Below, one piece after another: positions 1 to 11,616 of a stretch of DNA of 64,000 nt (position 1 is the stretch's first letter; each line of letters opens with the position of its first letter). The notes beneath the pieces were generated by a model that was not told where the DNA came from, ran no database searches, and saw only the letters and a list, made by a program, of their open reading frames with translations. Origin of the DNA: Octopus vulgaris (lineage: Eukaryota); NCBI GenBank assembly GCA_951406725.2, contig OX597815.1:37820001-37884000 (forward strand). The letters are read 5' to 3'. The position numbers and the translations under genes are program-made.

Positions 1-98
1 TATAGTGGCAAGCACTTACCCAAGGCGTCAAGCAGTGGGACTGAACGCGGAACGTTGTGGTTGGGTAGGAAGCTTCTTAGCACACAACCACGCCTGTA
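1..98 (-). mobile_element. 5' head fragment of tRNA-derived SINE, truncated by window edge
   Basis: Reverse complement reads GTACAGGCGTGGTTGTGTGCTAAGAAGCTT...GTTCAGTCCCACTGC...TTGGGTAAGTGCTT, homologous to the SINE head at 25573. Confidence 0.7.
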
Positions 99-244
99 CT
101 TTATTTATAGAGTTACAATATTGTCAATTGTATAATGTGGGGACAATTTGCACAAATTTCAAGCGAGTAGGAGATATATATATATATACCAAATAGGATG
201 TAGAGCACTCATTCTCACTGACCGATACAATCTTGTATACATAA

Positions 245-342
245 ATATACATACATACATACATACATACATACATACATACATACATACATACATACAT
301 ACATTCATATATACACATACATACATACGTACATACATACAT
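245..342. repeat. (TACA)n microsatellite
   Basis: Direct reading. Confidence 0.95.
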
Positions 343-820
343 ATAGCTTATTGATTAGAGACAAGTATTCTTTGTATAGAATACAGTTCGTAGTGCTCAA
401 GAGATTTAAACTTGAGCAGGTAGAGGAGTAAATGCAAGGATAAGCGAGTTAGGCAAGTCGATACACAAAAAATATTAAATACATTTAATACAAAATATGT
501 ACGTATGTTTACATATAAAAAGGTCCGACTTATACAGAATAGAAATGATATTAAAGGGGTTGAATAAGTGTTTTACGAATCCAGTAGCTGTTTCTGGGGG
601 CTTGATGGTCCAAAATAATTTTATAATTTTAAGTGTTGACAGAACGGATTTTAAAGGTTCCATCTTTAAACTCCATTCTATCAACACCTCAAATGTAAAA
701 TTTTTCTCGAAAGACGGAGATGATGGAATCAATTTACAAATATCATTTTGGACCACTGAGTCCCCCCAAAAAGGGCTTTTTCTCTTATAATCTTTACCTC
801 TCATTAGATCATATTACCTA

Positions 821-1310
821 CCGTAAATCCTTGAGTATAATCCGCATTTCTTCCCAAACATTTAAAGGTCAAAATCCCTAGTGCGTACTATATACGAGGT
901 TAAAATAAAAATTATTTTCTAAGCAATGTCCGGGTCTCTATTTGCTGTACGGCAATGTTTATTCAGACGCATTTTGTGATTTCGGGTGCGAAAACACCTT
1001 AAGCTAAGCCTGAAAGCAATGAAGTCATAAAAGAATCATCCATAACTTGCAGTAAGCAACATTTATTAAACGTTATTACTGTTATTACTGATATTTCTTT
1101 ATTTTTTGCAAACAAAATGCACAAAAAAGCTACACGTTCGCATTATGTTATATATACAATAATAATAAAGGACGGTACCGTATACATTTTTACAAACCAA
1201 GGACCTCCTCGACTCAAGTAGAGAACGGGTGCGTGTTGTACACAAGGTTTATGCTTTTCATATGTACAACCCCCTATACTTAAGGGCGGACTATACTCTA
1301 GAATTTACGG
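821..1310. mobile_element. MITE / non-autonomous Tc1-mariner superfamily element (pogo/Tc2-like ends)
   Basis: TA|CCGTAAATCCTTGAGTATAATCCGC ... GCGGACTATACTCTAGAATTTACGG|TA: imperfect TIRs with TA target duplication and no coding capacity. Confidence 0.8.
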
Positions 1311-3585
1311 TATTTTCCGTACACTCATTCCTTGTCTTCCCTCTTACTTTCCATGTGCATGTCTTTAAACTGTATAAGCCCTCTTATCAGTTGTTATGCT
1401 CATCTTCTTTTGTCCCACTTTACTTAATTCACCTGAATTAACCCTCATCTGTCTCTCCTTTCAGCTGACTTGGTCCTTGCTTTTATCAGGCTTTCACTGC
1501 ACCTACACTATAACCTGTAAGTTCAATCGCTCTCCCCGACATGCTTCAGTATTCCCCCCAAATTGCTTACACTTGCGTTTTGCCCGTTCTTTCCGTACAA
1601 TTCCTTCTACATTGTAATCCGTCACCTCTTCTATTTCATATTTTTTCTATGGTCGTAGTTTTAACTCTCAATTTTTTCTCTCCTAATAACGATATCTCTT
1701 TGCAGTATATGTTTCTACACAAATTTACATCAATGTCTACAAATGACAAATCACATCAGTGGATATGTCTACGAATGACAAATACATAAATAACAGTGGA
1801 TAATAATAAAGTGGAAACACATGGTAAAAGATTTGAGGTTTCAGCACCTAGTGTGAATAAAATGTACTATATGTCGGGTGGGGGCAGGGTGCCGAAGAGT
1901 TCTTGGGTTTAAGGGCGTTGCGAAATTCTTGGTTGGAGACCCAACCTTCCGAGTAGGGCTTAGACAAACTGAAGGACCGATACTTGATTTGTTCATTATT
2001 TTATTGATTCCGAAGTGATAAAGCGCAAAGTGAACTTGGCTGGGATTCGTAGTCTGAGACTAAAGAGGCGTAAAAAAATGCTGCTAAGCATTTCGTTGGA
2101 CGAGCTGAATACGTGCTGAAGATGTGCACCGCTTAATAATACACACATAAGTATGCGTGCGCGCGCGCACGCACCCCCCCCCCACACACACACACACGGC
2201 ACTTGCTCGCGAGTGCGTGTGTGCTCGCGCGCAGGTTTATGTGTATTGGAAATCTTATACAGAATTAATCTTCTTCCGATCATGTTTACAAATACAATTA
2301 GCGAATATTCTATTTTGTATGTTGATGGCTTCTTACAATCAAGATAACATGAACAAACTCGCACAAATACGTACACACGACACACACACATATTGTCTCT
2401 CTCACACACACACTCTCTCTTTCCTTCTCTCTCCTTCTCTCTCTCTCACACACACACTCTCTCTTTCCTTCTCTCTCCTTCTCTCTCTCTCCCTCTTTCT
2501 CTTTCTCACACACATGTAAATTTAACTAGCACGTACACATTTACTTTAAGATTTAATAATGCTTACATTAGCTGAGTATCACATATAACATTTGGTTATT
2601 CCGTTTTAATTCACATATATTTATATGATTTCAAACCATCTGTTCTTATTGTTTCTTATCAATACAAACACTACCACCGCCACGGATACAACAAAAACAC
2701 TAATAACGGCAACACTAATATCCATACACAATATAAATTTGCTATCGCAGAGTAGAGCATTAACCTGAGTTCTATTGTTATTTTCTCTCGAGAACAATTT
2801 CATTTGATTTGACTGTAAGGTTTAATATTTAACTTTCACTAACATCTTACGTATTCAGCAATAACGAACTTTCTCCGGCAGAATGTTTCGCAAATGACTC
2901 GAGCCAGAAAGCATTTTATCTGTATAGATGGAACTATATTATGTATGTAGGAGTCATTAACCGATATAATCAATTGAACCGACTCTAACATATTACTGAT
3001 ATTATTCCATCAAGTTGAAAAGCCGGTCTAAATCAGATGTGGTTGTACTCGGAATATAACGATATCAAACTAACTTTGAGTAGCACAACTTTTCTGCTTT
3101 CACGACTATCTCTGCTATCTTATAATACATCGTCACTACGAGACAGAGATGACTTTAGCAGAATATGACATGTATTAAATGCTTGTGTCATAGTAAGAAA
3201 TCACTTAGACTCAGACAAATAACAGATAATATAACTGAAAATGCATTGTTATAATCTATTACAGTAATATGTGTTGCTATACTAGGAATGTCAGATATTT
3301 TTATGATACATCGTATCCGTATATAAAAAGATGGGGATTGTTGTTTACTATAAACAAAATGCCATATGGTAATTTATTAGCTTCTTTTACGTTGTGAGTT
3401 CAGGAAGTTTAAAGGGAAAATTGTGAACGCTCGTATTAACAACAACCTGATTTAAAAAGCTTATGGTCTTGTACGCATAGATATGAAGTAGTTGATGCTG
3501 TAACAGTAAAGGAAGATGTAGGTACACGACGAGCTTACAGCATATCTTGAGGAATACACACGCTGTCACTAAGTTGTGAAACTAA

Positions 3586-3980
3586 TCTTTATATATAAAA
3601 GTGAAGTTGTGTGTCTGTCTCCTACGATTTAGATTCCTAACTACTCCCACATTTTGCGGTGCCGTGTAACCAAAAGCGGATATCTTATAGTCGTGATGCA
3701 TATCGAGCCCTTCTGGGTATTAGCGCGCGTCTGCGATGAGTCTACGATTTAAAAAAAAAATTACCATCATGTTTTCCCATTTTTAATGCATTTTTTCGCT
3801 ATTATATAAGGGAAGTAACTCTCTAAAAATGTATTATTAAATCCCAGAACGTCAAAAGCTACAGTAACACCCCCCTTTGTGGTTAGCCATATTGAGATTA
3901 CTATTATACTTTACATCTCTAAAAATGCTTATATAGTTATTTCCCTTACAAACCCGAGCAACGCCGGGCGATACTGCTAG
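3586..3980 (+). mobile_element. Non-autonomous Helitron
   Basis: A|TCTTTATATATAAAA 5' end, subterminal GC hairpin CCCGAGCAACGCCGGG, 3' CTAG|T; inserted between A and T with no TSD; same 3' end seen at 55385. Confidence 0.85.
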
Positions 3981-5559
3981 TCACATATGAAATTTTGAAC
4001 TTGTGCTTTGAGGAGAATATAGTAAATACCTCGGTGGAAGTAAGGGTTAAGGGTGTACGTTTAAATCTCAGGGGTGCGATTTCTCATTGAAACGAAGCAT
4101 ACACTTTATTCCACTAAGGCTGTTTTTCGCGTAATTCCATTCCCTATAATAAAATTTATGCGCAGACAAAATCGCGTTGAATGCTGAAGGTTGAAAGTAA
4201 GTCTTGTACTATGGTCGATCCATACACGCTTTTCAATAGTTGTTTTCCTCGAAAGCCTTCAAATCACGATTCGTGTACACTGTAACTTCTTTCAATTATG
4301 TATAAAGAATAAAACCATATGTGTGTGTGGATGTGCGTGTTCTTTCTGTTGTTTCAGCCTTTGGGCCAAACCGTGCAGGACCAAACCCCGAAACGGTTTC
4401 AATCGACCAAGTCGATATCAGTAATTTTTGTTCATCTCTCATAAGGATACTATCAGTTTATAGATTGCCAAAGCACTAATTCACGATGATGTAAGCAAGC
4501 CAACACACACACACACATAAACACACACACGCACACGCACGCATGCACACACACACATACACACACATGAACACACACACACATATGCTTATATATACAT
4601 ATATGCATATATGTGTACAGGACGTGGGCTTCCTTGTATGTCTCCACTGCCCTGTTTTTGTTCCCAACTTTGACCCTCCATAAATCCTAAATTTTATTTT
4701 AGTATTTATCGGAGCAAATGTCTTTGAAGACTCATATTGTCGTTGAATGCTCGAAATGGGGAGTAGATAGACAGCCGACAACTGATGAAGGGTCCTTCCT
4801 CTGTGTTTACTTGTCCTATGTATTTCATGTTGTTTGCGCAGTTGGTGACATCCTGTACCCATATATGATTCCTTATTGAAGTGAGCGCACTAAATATGTA
4901 GCGTCAAACAAGAAATTCTTGCCACAGAGAGGACAATCCGCTGAAATGTAACGAAGATACCAGATAGAACTATTAAAACCCGGTGATTGACCAAACTTTA
5001 TCAACTAGGTACGGGGTACGGTGCGGTGAGATTTGAGCGCAGAAGGCAGAGAGCCAGTACGAATACAGCAAGGCGTACAGTCTGATATTTTGAGAACCAT
5101 CTTCGACTGAATGCATTTTGCATCATAGTCAACACCGAAGCAAAATAGATAATTTGATCATGGTGAGCACGGAATTCTATCCAACGTTCTATCGACTATC
5201 CTACTCCATTGCATTACTCCATGCCTGCATGTCTATGTTCGTGCGAATATGCGCGCGTACGCGTTTGTTGTTGTGTGTGTGTATGTGTGTGTCTGTGTGT
5301 TTGTGTTTGAAAATCCACATCTGCACAAGCACAGTAAGGCTATTAGAAAGGTAGAGAGTCTCATTTGTGCGCTTACACACAGTGATCAGTATCCCCAGTC
5401 CTCAAACCTACGTATTGATTTTCCTTCTCTTTTATAGAAATATATTTTTTCTTGATCAACTTGATCACTGTCGAGTACTCTCTCTCTTTCTCTTTCTCTT
5501 TCTCTCTCTCTCTTTCTCACACACACACATAAACGTGTACAATACTGATTCAGATAGAA

Positions 5560-5900
5560 TCGGGTGCTTGAAAAGACATGCACCAGGAAGGACTTATATT
5601 GGTTGCTCTATAAATCTGAAGCATCGCTTACGCAACGACTATTTATCCTTTAAATCAAGACATAGGATAGGCAGGACTTCTCTAGCCACGAAGATTTGGG
5701 AACTTAAGGATAACAATCTTAAATTCGATTTGAAATGGGACAACTTTATGGTCGCTAAACCGTATTCAAACACCAGATATAGGGTCAGACGTTGCTGCAT
5801 GGAGCTGTTTGAAATTTTAAAGAGATGAAATAGGGAAAATCTAATTAATAACAAACTAGACCTTCGTCTTTCTTGTATACATAAGGCTACCTTTAAGTAT
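5560..5900 (+). mobile_element. Penelope-like element GIY-YIG endonuclease remnant
   Basis: Translation TYIGCSINLKHRL...SFK...TSLATKIWELKDNNLKFDLKW...AKPY...CCMELFEI, then NLINNKLDLRLSCIH after a stop; resembles a PLE GIY-YIG C-terminus. Confidence 0.7.
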
Positions 5901-6589
5901 TTTAAGGCTACTTTAAAATATTTTAAGAACATTAAACATTCTCCATAATAACTCCTAAGCTAGGGCCAATCAAATTTACTCCCTCTTATGATGACCCAAA
6001 AGTCGATTGATCTACTTAATCGTCTGAGTCCTATTCTCACTCTTCTCTACCATTACTTCCTAAACACTCTTAATATATAACCCCAATAACATTACTTGCA
6101 TAGTATGCGATATTGAAGGAACTAGTCATTCCATCTGTAGTTTACCCATTATTATGTATAAGCGATCGCGATACTTCCAATTTCTCAATGTAAGTAATCC
6201 TTATACCTAAATACATTTACCCGTGCTGCGCAAGTTCAATAATAGAAGGATCACACAATCTGAACCTCTTACCCGTAACTATTGGTCAGATTTGCAATAC
6301 CTGATTCACACAATGGTGATTATGTTATCTAATTAAATATGAACACCACCTAAATAATATTCCAAATTGCTAATCAATAGACTACTTCTAATTGCTGGCT
6401 TATTTTAATAACCGATGCTCTAACTCGGTACTGGCTGTAATTTATTATATAACCCCCTCATTCATTGGACTTCTTCATGACAAGTAGTACGCTACTATTA
6501 CTATCAGGTATTTCCCGACGCTTTATTTGTTAAGGTAATAATTTCTTTCCAGGCACACATGTACTCTTATTTTAACTGGCCTTCACTAT

Positions 6590-6997
6590 CCCATATAACA
6601 TGGCTCAGAAACCTGAACGTTATCAAAGAAGCTTCAGATGCGGTTGGATGGAACTTACACTCGCCTCCTTATGAGAGCTCAAAATCTCTCGTTGAAGCGT
6701 CATCCAACCAAAGTACAAATACATGGGAAACTGCCACCTGTATCATCTCTTGTGAAAGGTAGAAGAGTCCAGTTTGCTGGACATTGTTGCAGAGCTGAAA
6801 ACGAGGTAATTTCTACTCTTCTCCTCTGGAAGCCATCTCCTCGCGATACCAGAGGGCGCACACTCTCCTATCCTGATGTAATCTCCAGGGATACTGTAAT
6901 CCACCAACAGAACCTCCGTAATGCTATGATGGACCGCGAAGTCTGGCGTAACATAGTAAGTTCCATTGTCTCGACCACGGTCGAACAATGATGATGA
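6590..6997 (+). mobile_element. 3' end of RTE-type LINE (5'-truncated)
   Basis: ORF RLDGTYTRLLMRAQNLS...RRVQFAGHCCRAENEVISTLLLWKP...AMMDREVWR, followed by a (TGA)n tail. Confidence 0.75.
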
Positions 6998-7319
6998 TTC
7001 GTATCTATAACAACATCCTACATCTTTCTCCTTTACGAGATAAATCAATAGCACAAAACTTTACAACTTCACAATAGTTAGAACTAATCATTCGATTTTC
7101 TTCGTACACTTCTCCAACATTCAAGCTATATCTACAAAATACATCTAAAATCTGTGGCATCTACGCCCTCCTCTCTTTGATCTTTAGTGAACCCTAAGCC
7201 CTGACCCTAAACATTACTGGCTTTATTTATGCACCTATATATTTCTCCACTTTCCACTTTCTTTTACTTTTCTTTATCTTTACTTTATCTGAAATTGCCC
7301 AAACACTGTCTCAAGAATT

Positions 7320-7371
7320 CCTTAGACTAAATATCTACTTTCGGCTATATCCATATCCTTCATCAGTGAGG
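7320..7371 (-). ncRNA. Degenerate type I hammerhead ribozyme motif
   Basis: Minus strand CCTCA CTGATGA AGGATATGGATATAGCC GAAA GTAGATATTTAG TC TAAGG: core boxes intact, stems imperfect. Confidence 0.45.
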
Positions 7372-7506
7372 ACCGCACATATGTGAGCATATATGTATAC
7401 ATTTATATGATTTTCTTACAGCATTAGAGGATTTTAGCTCTTATTTCCGGCAATTTAGGTGTTTTGACACCTTTAGTTACGTTCCATTATGGTATCACAT
7501 TGCACA

Positions 7507-7597
<91 letters not shown>

Positions 7598-7598
7598 A

Positions 7599-7669
<71 letters not shown>

Positions 7670-7676
7670 ATGTGTG

Positions 7677-7741
<65 letters not shown>
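7507..7741. repeat. (TATC)n plus (TA)n compound microsatellite
   Basis: Direct reading. Confidence 0.95.
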
Positions 7742-7744
<3 letters not shown>

Positions 7745-7763
7745 TATACATATACGCAGTATA

Positions 7764-8296
7764 TAAAAGGGGTTGGCCAAAATAACGGAAACACCTAACG
7801 TCATGGCATCATAATTTTGAAACAGCTATAAAAACCGTCAAAAGCTTGTCTATTATTAGTGTTACTTAATATGTTTTGGAAATCTGCCGGCCCAATGGTT
7901 TTCTTTCATGGCATAATTAATAGTCAAAGCTATCTAAGCATTTTACCTGATCAAATTCATTCAATGCTTGCGGAACTTTCCCGGAGGGAAACACAATCTT
8001 TCAGGATGATAATGCACCAATTCACACTGCTAAAGTTGTTACTTAATGGCACAAGGAACATTCTAGTGAAGTTGATCCACAGATCTCGATATTACTGAAC
8101 ATTTATGGTGCATTTTAGAAAAACAAGTAAGTAGTCGATATCCTCCACCATAATCACTACAAGAACTGGAGACTGTTTTAGCTGAAGAATGGACGTAAAT
8201 TCCTTTGGAAACAATTCAAACTTTGTACGAGTCCATACATCGTTGAATTCAAGCTGTAATTACTGCCAAAGATGGTTCTACTCCATATTGAAATAA
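7764..8296 (+). mobile_element. Internally deleted Tc1-like element, same family as 24386-25483
   Basis: Left end GGGGTTGGCCAAAATAACGGAAACACC; body shares TTAATAGTCAA...TGATCAAATTCAT and CTTTGTACGAGTCCATAC...GAATTCAAGCTGTAATTACT with the longer copy. Confidence 0.8.
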
Positions 8297-8298
8297 AG

Positions 8299-8369
<71 letters not shown>

Positions 8370-8382
8370 TACATATATACAT

Positions 8383-8680
8383 ACATTAAGAAAATAAGAC
8401 AAGGTAGAAAATGCTACCGAGTCTTCAAAAAAGGGAAGGAGAAAGAGAGAGAGAGAGAGAAACAGAGACAGACAGACAGGAAAAAGGAAAATGCCCTACA
8501 TATTTGAAGACTATGAAAATATTTTGAAAAACATTTCATTTCATTTTTCTTCAATTTTATTGTTTTCTTGCTTTACCCTAAGTTGAAAATGTCGAAAAAA
8601 CTGAAACCAGTACTAAAATGTTTTCCAAGATCAAATTATTTTTAGCATTTTCTACCTCGTCTTATTTTTCTTACACATGT
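8383..8680 (+). mobile_element. Solo Penelope pseudo-LTR fragment with short inverted end, inserted in (TA)n
   Basis: AAGAAAATAAGACAAGGTAGAAAATGCTA (~8388) is the inverted copy of TAGCATTTTCTACCTCGTCTTATTTTTCTT (~8643); 8480-8670 is homologous to pLTR 63090-63290. Confidence 0.65.
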
Positions 8681-9134
8681 CAACTTGCGTGTTACTTTTC
8701 AACCTTCTACATATACATATACATATATATATATAAAACTGTGCGTGTAGTGGTACTGTAGTCAAATCAAATCATAGTTCGCTTCGAAACCAGAGTGTTC
8801 CGGGTTTGATATAGTCGCTTGAAACATTCACACATGTATTTTTGTTCTATATTTTCGCGTTGATGCATTCCTTGTGCGTGAAATCATTTAAACGGAAATC
8901 TTACCTAAGGACGCTGAATAGATTGTACCCATAATTCTATGGCAACACCTTGTCACACTACTTCTCACTGAATCTGGCCGAAAACTGAGTGGGCACGTCT
9001 CTGTGAGCTTCATTCATTGAATAGTTAATTTGATGAATAGAAGAATTGTATTCTTATGTTAGGAATCGACGGTGTTCCATTCTCTTTTACACACATACAC
9101 ACTCACACGTATATGGTCATGTGTTGAATGCGTG

Positions 9135-9186
<52 letters not shown>

Positions 9187-10439
9187 CGTATATCTATTTA
9201 TGTGCGTATTTGTATGTATGTACATCTATGTATGTGGCAATTAGTATGTATGTATATATATATATGTATGTAAGTATTTGTATGTATATATATATTTGTG
9301 TCTATGTGTGAGCGCGCGTATGTGCATGTGTGTGCGCGCACGTGTGGGTTTTGCATAGAAGTCGCTTTGAGGCCAAGCGATTTTTATCTATAGTTTTCTT
9401 TGTAACGTAGAGAAATTGCATAAATTCGGTAACAGAAATAGATACTTATATGGACATGGGATGTTATATTTAAACGAACATAAAAAAATTGAACCACATA
9501 AATTCGAATTTTAAACGGATACTGAATTTATTGAAAAGACGAAGAAATACAATTTTACAGAATTGTCACATCTCAATAATATATATATTTATTTACAGAC
9601 ACATCTTTTGAGATCTCATATGAAAACAAGTTAACATGAATATATAGACGTTTCATGGAAATTTCTCAAGAATATTTGAAGATTTTCGATATACAAAAAA
9701 AGAAATGGCTTTTCAAGACAGATTGAACTGTTTGGACAAAATCTCTTCTCTTATTACTTTGATAAAAGCTATAGAGAATTTTAATGTCATCCCCTAGAAT
9801 ATTCTGTGATATAATATATACACATTTAGCTGCAGAAGCATTGATATTACGACTTAGACTTATTTTGTTTGATATTTATTTGTGCTATATTTAATAAGTC
9901 AATTTAATTAAGTCATAACTCATAATTTGCTTCATACGTATTACATTCATAGCATATTAATGAACGGATATTAATTAAATTTGATTTATAAAAAGAAATA
10001 AAACATAAAACCTTAATTGATGTTTCCTCAGCGAATTTGAATTGCTATACTTAGAGATGTAAACATTTCTTATAAAATATCAGGTGCAGCGAAAATATCG
10101 AGGACTTTAGATTGTGGAAGTTCAGGTTTAAACCCTGTCTTGTTTATCTAAAATATAATTTTTTATTGAAAATTAAATTAAATTAAAATAGGTGAATATG
10201 AAAAAAGCCAATAATATAGCACTAATTTTCATGAAAAGAAAACCTCATGTTATTTTTCAGAATAAACATACAAAATTCGCTTATTTGAATGATTCGAGAA
10301 ACGTAGTTTAAGAATGGATATTATATTTATTATAATTGAAAGCCACATAAAACTTTAAAAAGAGTATCTTTTGCTATGCACTGCCATTTTCAACAAAAGC
10401 CAAATCAATATTACAAATTTATTTCAATTTAGTTGAAAC

Positions 10440-11555
10440 TCAATTTTGTGTGTCATTCGGAATTGTTTGCATTTCATTGTTAGAAATGTTTTGGGCTGGA
10501 ATATCTTGTTCAGTCGTTCGTGGACGACAGAAATCGACAATGATACATTTGCATGTCTTAAGAAGTAATTCACGAAGATGATAACGAAAAGTTGGGGACA
10601 CAATAAAATAAATATAGAAACGACAAGCATAATTTAGATTATTAACAATGCTAAAGTATGAAATAATCTTTGTGAATCGTCGGTTACCAAATGTCATTGC
10701 AACTCTGCTGGCATTATTTAATAAAGTCAGCACTATTGTAGCAAATGTTATAGTTGTTACCATAGTCGTTAAATCAAACCCCATGTCAGTGGGGCAGATC
10801 CTTTCATTTGTTGGATTATTAATCACTGTATTTGGTTTATAATTGGTAACAATCGTGGTTGTGTTGGCATTTTGTCGTAAATTTGGCTGGAGACATCTTA
10901 GAGAGCGACGAGTTTGGCAGTCGTACCACATGTACAAAAGAAGTCGAAATAAAAGAACGACAAAACAAATGGTCGGAAGTAAAACAACAATGATAGTGTC
11001 AATAATATTCAATTTATGATAATAATTCGCGCTACCTGGCCACAAACCACATAGGTTACGTTGTTCATCTACGCCAAATATCCATGCAATGTGCAAATAA
11101 AAGGCAAGTGCTAAAATCGCCAGTCCAATTGAAATCAGGCGTGCACGAAATGTTGTTTTTATTCGCCATTGGGAAGAGGGGTGAACCAAATCAAGATATC
11201 GTTCTATAAGTAAGCAGACTAGATACCATGGCGATAGGAATATACTAACGAAGTTACACAGAATTATTATTTGACACCAGCCATATTTGTTGTATATGTC
11301 GATTCTCTGTCTCGGAAGCCAAGTCATCAATAATATGGTAATGAGGACACCATTATCAACAACTGCTAACGCCATCATAGAATGTGTAGCTGGAATTCGT
11401 TTAATACTAGTGTAATAGAACGTTAAAATTGCCCAAATGTTACCAAATACGCCGAAAGCTATAACTGTCGGCGTGCCATAAAGCTCTAAAGCCTCTCTAA
11501 GTGGATCTCTCTGGTAAATAAATTGCTGATAGTTAGTGTTGTTTGAGTACGCCAT
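10440..11555 (-). CDS. Class A (rhodopsin-like) 7TM GPCR, orphan peptide-receptor-like / putative chemoreceptor, 371 aa from the first ATG
   Basis: Uninterrupted ORF with seven hydrophobic segments; TM1 GN (FGVFGNIW), TM2 LAVVD, Cys at top of TM3 (WCQ) and in ECL2 (NLCG), TM3 IERY..VHP, TM5 Pro, TM7 NYACRFYIY and helix 8 SPTFR; N-terminal sequon NNT; ATG in ACAATGG context. Confidence 0.93.
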   Translation of the reverse strand: MAYSNNTNYQQFIYQRDPLREALELYGTPTVIAFGVFGNIWAILTFYYTSIKRIPATHSMMALAVVDNGVLITILLMTWLPRQRIDIYNKYGWCQIIILCNFVSIFLSPWYLVCLLIERYLDLVHPSSQWRIKTTFRARLISIGLAILALAFYLHIAWIFGVDEQRNLCGLWPGSANYYHKLNIIDTIIVVLLPTICFVVLLFRLLLYMWYDCQTRRSLRCLQPNLRQNANTTTIVTNYKPNTVINNPTNERICPTDMGFDLTTMVTTITFATIVLTLLNNASRVAMTFGNRRFTKIISYFSIVNNLNYACRFYIYFIVSPTFRYHLRELLLKTCKCIIVDFCRPRTTEQDIPAQNISNNEMQTIPNDTQN

Positions 11556-11595
11556 TGTAACACTGCTGTTATTTGATGGGTTCTTCAAGAGGATC

Positions 11596-11616
11596 CTGAA
11601 AAAGAAAAATTAGAAG
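11596..11616 (-). promoter_or_regulatory. 3' splice acceptor of the GPCR coding exon
   Basis: Minus strand TTCTAAT (branch-point-like) TTTTCTTTTT CAG|GATCC; exon starts at 11595, 40 nt before the ATG. Confidence 0.75.

Noticed and set aside
475-804. 109 aa minus-strand ORF
   Set aside because: No recognisable motif; interrupted by a MITE; probably a repeat remnant
7464-7804. Numerous YIYI/IYLS/HTHT/VCVC ORFs here and throughout the window
   Set aside because: Translations of (TA)n, (TATC)n and (CA)n microsatellites
11556-11588. TTG start given by the ORF track for the GPCR
   Set aside because: Eukaryotic gene; first ATG is at 11555 and a splice acceptor lies just upstream
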